Assembly: GCA_965215515.1 (NCBI GenBank)
Contig: OZ244057.1
Location: 1,088,001-1,152,000 of the forward strand
Source of the DNA: Oligoflexales bacterium
GTDB lineage: Bacteria; Bdellovibrionota_B; Oligoflexia; Oligoflexales; JAPPIL01
DNA length: 64,000 nt
Direction: 5' to 3'
Program-made: the position numbers and the translations under genes
The notes under the pieces: model-generated
Told to the model about the DNA's origin: nothing
The model's database searches: none
What the model saw: only the letters and a program-made list of their open reading frames with translations
Shown: piece after piece, positions 36,548-45,864 of the stretch
How the letters are laid out: every line of letters begins with the position of its first letter
Numbering within the stretch: the stretch's first letter is position 1

Positions 36548-38008
36548 ATGCTTAACTACTTAGCAAAATTACGCCAACATCGCCAGCAGGCCGAGACTAT
36601 CGGTCTCTCGGATAAGGTGCTCAGGAAGTTTCTCGCTGTCGACAAACAGCTAGGACGGGCGATCGTGATGGCGTACGAAAACAGCCAGAGCGAGCTGTGG
36701 CAAGATTTTGTGCGGCATGCACCACCCTCGGAGGTGGAACAAGTGCGCTACGCCCAGGCACGGCTGTTTAACTTTTACGTAGACGAGACCGTCAACCCCT
36801 ATATCCCCCTCGGTGCCGCGGGGCCGTGGGTAGTAACTGCTTTCGGGGCGGTGTTGCACGATTCGGGGGGCTACGGCATGCTCGGTTTCGGGCATTGCGT
36901 TCCCACAACACAAAAAATTCTCGGCGCAAACCACATCATGGCTAACGTCATGACCGCCAGCCCCAGCCATCGTCGTATCTGTGCCGCACTCGACGCGGAA
37001 ATAGGACATACCCGCCCAACACAGACCCATATTTATGGACGTTACATGTTCCTCAACTCTGGCTCGGAAGCGGTCTCGTTGGCCGCCCGCATCGTCGACG
37101 TGAACACCAAGAACCGCATTACCGACCGCCACCGACAGGTGGCTTCGTTGAGTGTGGCACACAGTTTTCACGGTCGCACCGAACGTCCCGCCCGACTGTC
37201 GGACAGCAGCCGTCCTGCCTATCGCCAGCACCTGCACAGCTTCGCCGCCCTCGACGATGTTATTACGCTCCCGCATAACGATGGACAAGGTTTGCGACAA
37301 GCATTCGAGCAAGCCACACGCACCAAAACATTCATCGACGCAGTATACCTCGAGCCGATCAGCGGCGAAGGCGATACAGGTCGTGCCATGTCGCCAGAGT
37401 TTTACAGCCTAGCACGAGAACTGACGAGCACACACGGTGCACTGTTAGTTATCGACTCGGTGCAAGCAGGAATCCGTTGCCACGGGGTGTTGAGCGTGGT
37501 CGATTACCCTGGTTTTCAGGAACTGCCTCCGCCCGACATCGAAACCTTCTCCAAATCTATCCACATGGGGCACACACCCCTGTCGGTAATCGCCGTGTCG
37601 GCCAAGACCGCGGCTTTCCTCCCGCACGGCGTATACGGGAACAGCTTGGGTGCCAATCCTCGCGCTCTGGAAGTCGGCTGCCACACGCTAGCGCTGTTGA
37701 CCCCAGAACTGCGTCGTAACATCGTGGCGCGCGGCGCAGAATTTCTTCAGCAATTCGACAAGCTACGTAACGAATTCCCGCACCTCATCACACATGTGCA
37801 AGGCACAGGCTTGCTGCTCTGCCTCGGCATTAACCCTGCCCTCGCCGTTGTCGGTGCAGACGGTCTGGAGATGCGGCTGCGTAAACAAGGACTGGGAGTA
37901 ATTCATGCAGGCAGAAACCTGCTGCGCTTCTCACCCGTGTTCAACATTACTTCCGAAGAAATTTCCCTGATCGTCAGCGTGCTCAGGTCGGTGCTGCGTA
38001 AAATCTGA
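36548..38008 (+). CDS. lat: Class III aminotransferase, L-lysine 6-aminotransferase-like
   Basis: NFY...PYIPLGAAGPWVV...DSGGYGMLGFGH resembles Flavobacterium lutescens/Xanthomonas LAT (from memory); NSGSEA, SFHGRT, DSVQAG, FSK. Confidence 0.75.
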   Translation: MLNYLAKLRQHRQQAETIGLSDKVLRKFLAVDKQLGRAIVMAYENSQSELWQDFVRHAPPSEVEQVRYAQARLFNFYVDETVNPYIPLGAAGPWVVTAFGAVLHDSGGYGMLGFGHCVPTTQKILGANHIMANVMTASPSHRRICAALDAEIGHTRPTQTHIYGRYMFLNSGSEAVSLAARIVDVNTKNRITDRHRQVASLSVAHSFHGRTERPARLSDSSRPAYRQHLHSFAALDDVITLPHNDGQGLRQAFEQATRTKTFIDAVYLEPISGEGDTGRAMSPEFYSLARELTSTHGALLVIDSVQAGIRCHGVLSVVDYPGFQELPPPDIETFSKSIHMGHTPLSVIAVSAKTAAFLPHGVYGNSLGANPRALEVGCHTLALLTPELRRNIVARGAEFLQQFDKLRNEFPHLITHVQGTGLLLCLGINPALAVVGADGLEMRLRKQGLGVIHAGRNLLRFSPVFNITSEEISLIVSVLRSVLRKI

Positions 38009-38040
38009 AACCACCCCAGCGCAATCCCGCCACACTTCCT

Positions 38041-39015
38041 CTAATTGAGATGACAGGCCGACAGATGTCCGTCACCCACGTCCTTGAGGCGTGGTTCGTG
38101 CTGGTAACACCTGTCGATCGCCTTAGGGCAGCGCGTGTTAAAACGACAACCACGCGGCGGCCGTGTCGGGTCGGGGAGGTCGTTACGCAACAAAATCCGC
38201 TGCCGCTGCCGTTCGTGTCGAGGGTCGGGATGAGGCACAGCACTGAGCAGTGCTTGCGTGTAAGGATGTTGTGGCTGGCGAAATAACTCATCGCACTCCG
38301 CCAACTCGACAATCTTACCGAGATACATCACCGCAATGTCATGCGAAATATGCTTCACCGCCGACAGATCGTGCGAGATAAACAAGTAAGAAAGGCTGAA
38401 CTCCTTCTTTAAATCGACGAGCAAATTTAAAATTTGCGACTGGATCGAAACATCTAACGCCGAAACAGGCTCATCGCAAATGATGAGCTGGGGTTTTAAG
38501 GCCAATGCCCTAGCAATAGCGATACGTTGGCGCTGCCCGCCAGAAAATTCGTGTGGATAACGACGAATAAATTTGCGCGCCAAAGACACACTATCCATCA
38601 ATTCCAACACATTGCGCGTGATGATACGGCGGTCTTTGCGTCCCCACGCGGTGTATAGTGGCTCGGCGATAATATCAAACACCGTCATCCGTGGGTTAAG
38701 CGAGGCATACGGGTCTTGGAAAATCATCTGAAAACCCGCACGCTTTTGTTTGAGCTCGTTAACCCCCATCGTCGCTATATCCTCGCCGTCGATGACGACC
38801 TGTCCGCTGACAGGATGATACAGACGGATGATGCCACGTCCCAAGGTCGATTTCCCGCACCCAGACTCGCCTACCAAACCGAGCGTCTTGCCCGCTTGTA
38901 GCTCGAACGACACGCCATCGACCGCCTTCAACACCGCTACACAGCGCGGTAAGATAACACCCCGATAGATAGGGAAATGCACCCGCAAGTCTTTAACCTG
39001 TAACAACACGCTCAC
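38041..39015 (-). CDS. oppF: Oligopeptide ABC transporter ATPase
   Basis: [25 protein letters not shown]; last gene of oppABCDF. Confidence 0.92.
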   Translation of the reverse strand: MSVLLQVKDLRVHFPIYRGVILPRCVAVLKAVDGVSFELQAGKTLGLVGESGCGKSTLGRGIIRLYHPVSGQVVIDGEDIATMGVNELKQKRAGFQMIFQDPYASLNPRMTVFDIIAEPLYTAWGRKDRRIITRNVLELMDSVSLARKFIRRYPHEFSGGQRQRIAIARALALKPQLIICDEPVSALDVSIQSQILNLLVDLKKEFSLSYLFISHDLSAVKHISHDIAVMYLGKIVELAECDELFRQPQHPYTQALLSAVPHPDPRHERQRQRILLRNDLPDPTRPPRGCRFNTRCPKAIDRCYQHEPRLKDVGDGHLSACHLN

Positions 39016-39985
39016 GCTGCACACTCCAGTAACATTTAGCCGTATGCCGTGCCGCAGCACGCTTGACCACAGGCAACGGACGGTCTTCGCCACATACAGG
39101 CTGACGATGTGGGCAGCGCGGCGCAAACACACAACCCTGGTGCAGCTTTACCAAATCAGGCGGCGAACCCGTGATCGAAGGCAACTCCTCATGCTCGACA
39201 TCCAGCCGCGGGAGCGATGCCAACAAACCGATCGTATAAGGATGCAAAGGGCGATAGAAAATATCGTCGGCATCACCCTCCTCGACTTTATTGCCCGCAT
39301 ACATGATCAACACCCGATCGCTCAGACGTGCGATGACACCGAGATCGTGGGTAATGATAATGACCGACATCTTTATCTCACGCTGTAACTTGACCAACAG
39401 ATCGAGGATCTGCGCCTGAATAGTCACGTCGAGCGCGGTGGTCGGCTCGTCGGCGATCAACACATCAGGGTCGGTGATCAAAGCCATCGCAATCATTACC
39501 CGCTGCCGCATACCACCTGAAAACTGATGCGGGTAATCATGAATGCGTTTTTCCGCGTGAGGGATACCGACCAGGTTCATACACTCGAGCGCACGTGCTA
39601 GCCGTTGAGAAAGACTCAGATCGGTATGGGTCGCCAACACCTCCGTGAGTTGAGTGGAGATGCGTAGGTAAGGGTTGAGCGAAGTCATCGGATCTTGAAA
39701 AATCATGGCGATCTTTTTACCTCGCACACGGCGCAACTGCGCTTCACTCATCTGGAGCAAGTCGTCGCCGCGATACAGTGCCCGCCCCGCCACGATACGA
39801 CCTGGCGGTTGAGGAATCAAGCCGAGCAGCGAACAGACCGCGACCGATTTGCCCGAGCCCGATTCTCCCACGATACCCAGCGTCATGCCCATCTCCAGTG
39901 CAAAACTGAGATCATCGACTGCCTTCACCACGCCTTCACGCGTATAAAAGTAGGTCTTTAAGTTTTTGACCTCCAGTACCGCCAT
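38993..39985 (-). CDS. oppD: Oligopeptide ABC transporter ATPase
   Basis: GESGSGKS, FQDPMTSLNP, FSGGMRQR, ADEPTTALD. Confidence 0.93.
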   Translation of the reverse strand: MAVLEVKNLKTYFYTREGVVKAVDDLSFALEMGMTLGIVGESGSGKSVAVCSLLGLIPQPPGRIVAGRALYRGDDLLQMSEAQLRRVRGKKIAMIFQDPMTSLNPYLRISTQLTEVLATHTDLSLSQRLARALECMNLVGIPHAEKRIHDYPHQFSGGMRQRVMIAMALITDPDVLIADEPTTALDVTIQAQILDLLVKLQREIKMSVIIITHDLGVIARLSDRVLIMYAGNKVEEGDADDIFYRPLHPYTIGLLASLPRLDVEHEELPSITGSPPDLVKLHQGCVFAPRCPHRQPVCGEDRPLPVVKRAAARHTAKCYWSVQRERVVTG

Positions 39986-40872
39986 CAGTGTTTACTCACC
40001 TTGGGGTCGAGAGCATCACGTAACCCATCACCGATGAAATTTAACGCCAGCAAAGTTAACACCAACGTCGAGCAAGGAAAAATCAACATCCAGGGGTAGA
40101 CTTCCATCGCGGCAACCCCATCGTTGATCAATGTGCCCCAACTCGACATCGGTTCTTGTACTCCAAGACCGAGAAAACTTAAGAACGCTTCTTCGAGGAT
40201 TACCGCGGGAATTGTCAAGGTCGTGTAGATAATCACGGGACCCATCACATTCGGCACTAGATGGCGAAAGATAATGGCCAGATTACCCACCCCGATAGCG
40301 CGGGCAGCATCGACATACTCCATGCGTTTCAAGGAAATCACCTGCCCTCGCACGATCCGTGCCATCGATAACCACTGGATAGCCCCGAGCGCAATAAACA
40401 TCACATAGATATTGCGCCCTGCCATGACCATCAAAATAATCACAAACAACATGAAGGGCATCGCGTACAGAATTTCCAGCAGACGCTGCATAACATAATC
40501 AGTACGCCCCCCACTAAAACCAGAGACTGCTCCGTAGGCAATGCCGATCACGACGCTGACGAAAGCGGCCAACACACCGATCGCTAACGATACCCGCGCC
40601 CCGTAAAGCGTGCGGGTGAATAAATCACGGCCGAGATCATCCGTGCCAAACCAATGGACGGTATCGGGAGGAACTGCACCGAGAATAAGGTCGGTCTCTT
40701 CGTAAGAAAACTGCGCCAGCAGCGGGGCAAAGAGCGCAGCCGCCGCTTGCAGGAGCAAATAGAAAAACGACACCACCGCCACTTTGTTTTTTTTTAGGCG
40801 ATAGTAGCTGTCCATCCATAGGCTGATGCCTTTTTCTTCTTTTGACCTACCTGAGCAGGTGGTGTCAGTCAT
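39985..40872 (-). CDS. oppC: Oligopeptide ABC transporter permease
   Basis: HWFGTDDLGRD, EYVDAARAIG, GDGLRDALDP. Confidence 0.93.
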   Translation of the reverse strand: MTDTTCSGRSKEEKGISLWMDSYYRLKKNKVAVVSFFYLLLQAAAALFAPLLAQFSYEETDLILGAVPPDTVHWFGTDDLGRDLFTRTLYGARVSLAIGVLAAFVSVVIGIAYGAVSGFSGGRTDYVMQRLLEILYAMPFMLFVIILMVMAGRNIYVMFIALGAIQWLSMARIVRGQVISLKRMEYVDAARAIGVGNLAIIFRHLVPNVMGPVIIYTTLTIPAVILEEAFLSFLGLGVQEPMSSWGTLINDGVAAMEVYPWMLIFPCSTLVLTLLALNFIGDGLRDALDPKVSKH

Positions 40873-41782
40873 GCCGCACCCGTGGGTCGAGATAGACATA
40901 AGCGATATCGACCAGCAGGTTCATAATCAGCAACATCGTCGCGTACAGGAGCGCAGTGCCGATAACTAGAGTATAATCACGGTTCAAGGCTGATTGCACG
41001 AAAAACCGCCCCAAACCAGGGATGTTGAAGATCGTCTCCACTACCAGTGAGCCGCACACGATACCACTCATCGCTAACCCCCCGAAAGTAGTGGCAGGCA
41101 ACACACCCCCCTTAAACGAATGGCGAAAAAAAATCTTAGCCGCGGACAAACCTTTGGCTTTCGCGGTCTTGATAAAGTCTTGGTGCAAAATATCGAGAAA
41201 GCCGACCCGCACCAGCCGCGAAAAATAGGCCGCATACATGATCCCGAGCGTTAACGCAGGCAATACCCTGTCCTTCGCCTCTTCCCAGCCAGAGGTGTTG
41301 AACCAACCCAGCCACAGGGAGAACACCAGTACCAGCAACGGCCCGATAACGAACGAAGGCATGCAGACACCGAACAACGACATCCCCATAGGCACATAAT
41401 CGCGGAGCGAATTGGGTTTACTCGCGGCTAACATACCCGAGGTCAAACCGATCAACAGGGCGAACACGAAGCCCAGTAAACCGAGTTGTGCCGAGACAGG
41501 CAAGGTTTCGATGATAATTTCATTGACCGAGCGGTTAGCGTAACGAAAGGAAGGGCCGAGATCGCCACGCACCAGACCCGCGAGGTAGTAGCCGTACTGC
41601 ACCAGCAAGGGTTTATCGAGATGGTACTTGGCTTGAATGTTTTTGAGAATATCGGGAGAGATCGCCTTATCCGTATCGAACGGCCCGCCTGGAGCACACC
41701 TGACCATGAAGAAGGTGATGGTTGCCAGTATCCACAATACGGGCAACATCCCCACTACTCTTCTGAAGGCATACTTCAGCAA
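40865..41782 (-). CDS. oppB: Oligopeptide ABC transporter permease
   Basis: APGGPF, GDLGPSF, DFIKTAKAKGL, LDPRVR. Confidence 0.93.
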   Translation of the reverse strand: MLKYAFRRVVGMLPVLWILATITFFMVRCAPGGPFDTDKAISPDILKNIQAKYHLDKPLLVQYGYYLAGLVRGDLGPSFRYANRSVNEIIIETLPVSAQLGLLGFVFALLIGLTSGMLAASKPNSLRDYVPMGMSLFGVCMPSFVIGPLLVLVFSLWLGWFNTSGWEEAKDRVLPALTLGIMYAAYFSRLVRVGFLDILHQDFIKTAKAKGLSAAKIFFRHSFKGGVLPATTFGGLAMSGIVCGSLVVETIFNIPGLGRFFVQSALNRDYTLVIGTALLYATMLLIMNLLVDIAYVYLDPRVRHD

Positions 41783-41802
41783 TGATCAACCCGAAGTAAG
41801 GG

Positions 41803-43446
41803 TTATTTGGCGATCGCGTAGTACTTGAGCAGAATACGATCGGAGACATTGCCCGCCCAGTTCTGCAATTTACCATCGACACTATACATCTTCACCTTCG
41901 GCGAAATAAGACTGTTGTTAGTGTAAAAATATATCGGCATGATCGCCATCTCTTCCATCAAAATATCCTCCGCCTGACGAAAGTACTGGAGACGTTTGGC
42001 ATGCACCTTTTCTGCCGCCGCCATCTTGATATACTTGTCGTAGCCCTTATGAGAAAAACCTAGATCATTGTTGCCACCTCCTGTGACGTACATGTCGAGG
42101 AAGGTATTAGGGTCGGGGTAATCACCGATCCAACCAGCACGTGAGATACTGTAGTTGAGATCTCTGACCGTGTTTAAGAAAACTTTCCACTCTTGGTTGA
42201 GGATGCCGATCTCGATGCCGAGATGTTTTTTCCACATCTGCTGAATAGCGACGGCGATCTTCTTATGTCCTTCGCTGGTGTTGTAGAGCAGGTCGATTTT
42301 GGGAAACCCTTTTCCGTCAGGATAACCCGCCTCCTTCAGCAAACGCTGTGCGGTGGCGATGTCCTGCTTACTGGGCGAATCATTGATGAAGGTGCGCGGA
42401 TAGGTATAGCCCGCCGTGTCAGGAGGTACAAACGACCACGCGGGGATCTGATCGCCTTTGGCAATCCTGTCAACGATTAGACGACGATCGATTGTCAGCG
42501 CCAACGCCCGTCGCACCCGCTTATCGTCGGTGGGTTTCTTGGTGACGTTGAAACGGTAGTAATAAGTGCCCAACATCGGGGATGATCGGTACACGGCGTT
42601 TTGGGGGTCGCGCTGCTTGAGTTTTTTGTAGTGCGGAATCTTGAGCGACGGCACAGTACCAGTCATGTGCAGTTGCCCGCTGAGGAAAGCCTTCTCCTCG
42701 GTGTTTTCGTTTTCAATCGGCATGAAGTAAGCGGCGGTTATCTTCACCCTGTCCTTATCCCAATAGTGCTCGTTGGGGACGAGCTTGATGTGTTTGTTCA
42801 GCCGCCACTCGGCAAGCTTGAACGGACCGTTGCTGACCATTTTGCCTTCCTTCGTCCACTCCTTCTGGTGTTTTGCGATAACATGGCGTGGCACGGGGTA
42901 GAGGGTGTGAAACGAGGTCAAGTTAAGAAAATACGGAGTCGGTTGTGCGAGGGTCACTACCAGCGTGTGTGCGTCCCGTGCGACGACACCTAGTTGCTGT
43001 GCGTCTTTGAGTTTCCCTTTATTGTAGGCCTCGCCATTTTTGATGTAGTAGAGCTGATAGGCGTACTCTGAGGCGGTCTCGGGGGCGAGGGTACGTCGCC
43101 ACGAGTAGACGAAATCGTGTGCGTCGAGCTTCCTGCCATCCGACCACTTGAGGTTTTTACGCAGTTTGAAGGTGTAGACCTTGCCATCAGCAGAAATCTG
43201 CCACGACTCCGCCGCCCCTGGCAGCGGCTGCAGCGTGAACGGATCGTAAGAACACAGCCCCTCAAACAGATTGTCCTCGATGTGCGATTCGGGCACTCCC
43301 GTGGAAGTGGCAGGATCGAGTTCGCGTGGCTCAGTACCGTTGCCGATGCGGATCTCTTGCTTGTCGGCGAGATTCACTGCTGTGGCAGACAGGGTGAACG
43401 ATAGGCAGATGAGCAGAGTACTGAGGGTAACAAGTAATCCTTTCAC
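41803..43446 (-). CDS. oppA: Oligopeptide ABC transporter substrate-binding protein
   Basis: GTG at 43446 after a GGAGAGGA RBS, signal peptide, GTEPRELDP, WSDG, SNGPFKL, RAGWIGDY. Confidence 0.93.
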   Translation of the reverse strand: MKGLLVTLSTLLICLSFTLSATAVNLADKQEIRIGNGTEPRELDPATSTGVPESHIEDNLFEGLCSYDPFTLQPLPGAAESWQISADGKVYTFKLRKNLKWSDGRKLDAHDFVYSWRRTLAPETASEYAYQLYYIKNGEAYNKGKLKDAQQLGVVARDAHTLVVTLAQPTPYFLNLTSFHTLYPVPRHVIAKHQKEWTKEGKMVSNGPFKLAEWRLNKHIKLVPNEHYWDKDRVKITAAYFMPIENENTEEKAFLSGQLHMTGTVPSLKIPHYKKLKQRDPQNAVYRSSPMLGTYYYRFNVTKKPTDDKRVRRALALTIDRRLIVDRIAKGDQIPAWSFVPPDTAGYTYPRTFINDSPSKQDIATAQRLLKEAGYPDGKGFPKIDLLYNTSEGHKKIAVAIQQMWKKHLGIEIGILNQEWKVFLNTVRDLNYSISRAGWIGDYPDPNTFLDMYVTGGGNNDLGFSHKGYDKYIKMAAAEKVHAKRLQYFRQAEDILMEEMAIMPIYFYTNNSLISPKVKMYSVDGKLQNWAGNVSDRILLKYYAIAK

Positions 43447-43575
43447 GGCAAATCCTCTCCAGATCAAGGTTGACAGGTCGAGCCTTTTACGGACAGTAGA
43501 GCGAGGAACAACTGCCCTCGCCAAACCATCGAGTATAGTCGAGGTCGTTGTTCTCCGCAAGTAGCAGGTGACAAC

Positions 43576-44319
43576 ATGTACAAATATCGCCTCCGTCTGG
43601 CCTACGATGGCACCGATTTCTGTGGCTGGCAACGGCAGCCGCACGGTAATAGCGTGCAACAAACAATCAGCAGTGCACTCGGTAAGATTCTCGCGGGGGA
43701 CACGGTACGACTGCTCGCCGCGGGGCGTACCGACCGTGGGGTACATGCAGAAGGACAGGTGGCGGTGTTCGACAGCGCACGGGTGCTCGATCCTTTGAGA
43801 GTACAGCGCAGTCTCAATGCCATGCTCGCGCCGCGCATTTGCGTGCGTGCCTGTGACACAGTGCCCGCACACTTTCACCCGATCTACGACGCACAAGCAA
43901 AAATCTATCGCTATCGTGTGCGCACCACCCCCCAACATTGCCCCTTCACCTGTGCCTACGAATGGCATGTACCCCGCCCGCTCGCCGTGTCTGCCATGCG
44001 CCGTGCCGCCGCACCGCTGGTGGGTAAACATGACTTCACTTCGTTCTGTGCCACCGATAGCCACGCCCGCACTAAGGTACGCACCCTGCACGAACTGCGC
44101 GTTGTGCACGATGCGGAAACGATCGAGCTGTGGTTCACAGGTGATGGGTTTTTGAAACAGATGGTGCGCACCATCACAGGCACGCTGGTCGCTATCGGCT
44201 CAGGACGAGCACTCGACTGCGCCGCCATCCTACAACGCCGTGCCCGCCAGGCCGCCGCAGCTACCGCCCCCGCCCGCGGCTTGACCCTGATGCAAGTGGT
44301 GTATCGTGGGTGCGTGTAA
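43576..44319 (+). CDS. truA: tRNA pseudouridine(38-40) synthase
   Basis: YDGTDFCGWQRQ, AGRTDRGVHA, GKHDFTSF, GFLKQMVR, APARGL. Confidence 0.97.
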   Translation: MYKYRLRLAYDGTDFCGWQRQPHGNSVQQTISSALGKILAGDTVRLLAAGRTDRGVHAEGQVAVFDSARVLDPLRVQRSLNAMLAPRICVRACDTVPAHFHPIYDAQAKIYRYRVRTTPQHCPFTCAYEWHVPRPLAVSAMRRAAAPLVGKHDFTSFCATDSHARTKVRTLHELRVVHDAETIELWFTGDGFLKQMVRTITGTLVAIGSGRALDCAAILQRRARQAAAATAPARGLTLMQVVYRGCV

Positions 44320-44349
44320 CGCATTATCATTATTAACAAAGATAAAATA

Positions 44350-44378
44350 TTGACATAAAATTTAAAACTCTATACAAG
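44350..44378 (+). promoter_or_regulatory. sigma70-like promoter TTGACA-N15-TATACAAG
   Basis: AT-rich intergenic region; same motif as 4385-4413. Confidence 0.6.
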
Positions 44379-44405
44379 GGGCGTGGATGATATTTGGAGG
44401 TAACG

Positions 44406-45827
44406 ATGAAAATTGTTGTGTTGCTCATTGCGGTAGGGTTGGCTTTAGGTGGTGTAGTCGAGGCTAAACGTCTTAAAAGCACTCCCATCACGGACAAAGC
44501 TGTGCGAGACTTAATGCGCGCGCAAGCGTCACCCGTGCTCGCTGCTTTGCGGGAAGGGAACGTGGTTGTCGCCGCGGTAGGTGCTGCCTCTTCTCTTCGA
44601 TCTGGCTTCGCTTTACACCCGCTGCCCGTCATCGGTGACAGGCAGAGTATCATCGATACTTTGAAGACAGTAGTGAACAGACGGGAGGACAATATCGGTT
44701 ACGTCTTTGTGCCCACGGCAAGCGGTGGCATAGAGCAATACGAATATTCTTATTACACCAGCACCCTCCTCGAATGGGTGGAAATTGCAGGTGAAAAGAT
44801 AAACATACCACTCACACCTGCTGATGTTTTGTTGCTATCTGATAGTTATACACTAAAAGGAGTGAAAGATGCTTTACGGGAAAACCACTTCTACATGGAG
44901 CATTACGACTGGTATGGAAAAGCATCGGTGCGTTACTTAAAAGAGCTGAACGAGTTGCGTGCTGAGTCAGAGAGCGAGTTCCCCGCGCGGTTACGGAATA
45001 GATTGCACCGTCATATGCGCGGCGAGAAAGTTCTCACCGCTGCAGATTTAAGAAAAATTGATGCTCTTATCGAACCTAGTCATTTTAAACAGTGGCGAAG
45101 ATGGCAGGCTAGCTTAGCGGCGCTAAAAGCAGAGCTGACGGCAGAGACGTTGCTGGATGGCCTGCTGAGCGGCAAGCTGGCGAGAGACAATTTTACCGCC
45201 GCGCAAGTCGAGATGGCTGAGCGCATCGTAAGGCTGAAGAACGCCAAAATTGCCAACATAAAAAAGACCATCGAGGGTGGCTTAAACCGTGGAGATAGCA
45301 TTATTATCGACGATGCAAAGATTCTCGCTTACTTCAAAAAACATCAAGACACATTGCGGCACAAAGGCATCGTGATCGCGGTGATGGCAAAGGAATTTAT
45401 CCCCGATAGTGAGACCCTCGACCTTGACGAAAACTATGTGATCGCTGTCGGTGTCCGATTGGGGAAGAGAATAGGCATTATGAAGAAAAACTTAGCAAAT
45501 GATACCGAACACTTCATACATAAAATCATCCCCGCACAAAGTCATATCGATGGCAAGTCAACCGCTGTCTACACCCTGCGCGATCCTGATATTAACGACA
45601 AAATACTTACCTACTTCGAAGAACACCGCGCCGCGCTGCGGGGAGAGGGCATTGCGATCACGGCGATGGCCAAAGAACTCGGCCTTAGGAGCGGGAACAT
45701 GTTGGGGGCGATAATAAGAGCTATGCGGCAAGACCTCAAACACGATAAGGAACACCTTATCAACAGGATTATCTCACAACGAAAGTCGCGTGGAGATGAA
45801 ACGATCTCCTTCTACCGCTTGCCTTGA
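44406..45827 (+). CDS. Hypothetical secreted protein with two C-terminal tandem repeats (possibly winged-helix)
   Basis: GGAGG RBS, MKIVVLLIAVGLALGGVVEA signal peptide; repeats at ~45306-45578 and ~45591-45824. Confidence 0.8.
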   Translation: MKIVVLLIAVGLALGGVVEAKRLKSTPITDKAVRDLMRAQASPVLAALREGNVVVAAVGAASSLRSGFALHPLPVIGDRQSIIDTLKTVVNRREDNIGYVFVPTASGGIEQYEYSYYTSTLLEWVEIAGEKINIPLTPADVLLLSDSYTLKGVKDALRENHFYMEHYDWYGKASVRYLKELNELRAESESEFPARLRNRLHRHMRGEKVLTAADLRKIDALIEPSHFKQWRRWQASLAALKAELTAETLLDGLLSGKLARDNFTAAQVEMAERIVRLKNAKIANIKKTIEGGLNRGDSIIIDDAKILAYFKKHQDTLRHKGIVIAVMAKEFIPDSETLDLDENYVIAVGVRLGKRIGIMKKNLANDTEHFIHKIIPAQSHIDGKSTAVYTLRDPDINDKILTYFEEHRAALRGEGIAITAMAKELGLRSGNMLGAIIRAMRQDLKHDKEHLINRIISQRKSRGDETISFYRLP

Positions 45828-45864
45828 TACTGCCACGCCGCGCACACCACCTGCACAGCCTGTC

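Noticed and set aside
39015..39132. N-terminal extension of OppF in the ORF track
   Set aside because: It overlaps oppD out of frame; homology starts at VLLQVKDL.
43447..44109. 220-aa N-terminal extension of OppA in the ORF track
   Set aside because: It is antisense to truA. The real start is the GTG at 43446, which has an RBS and a signal peptide.
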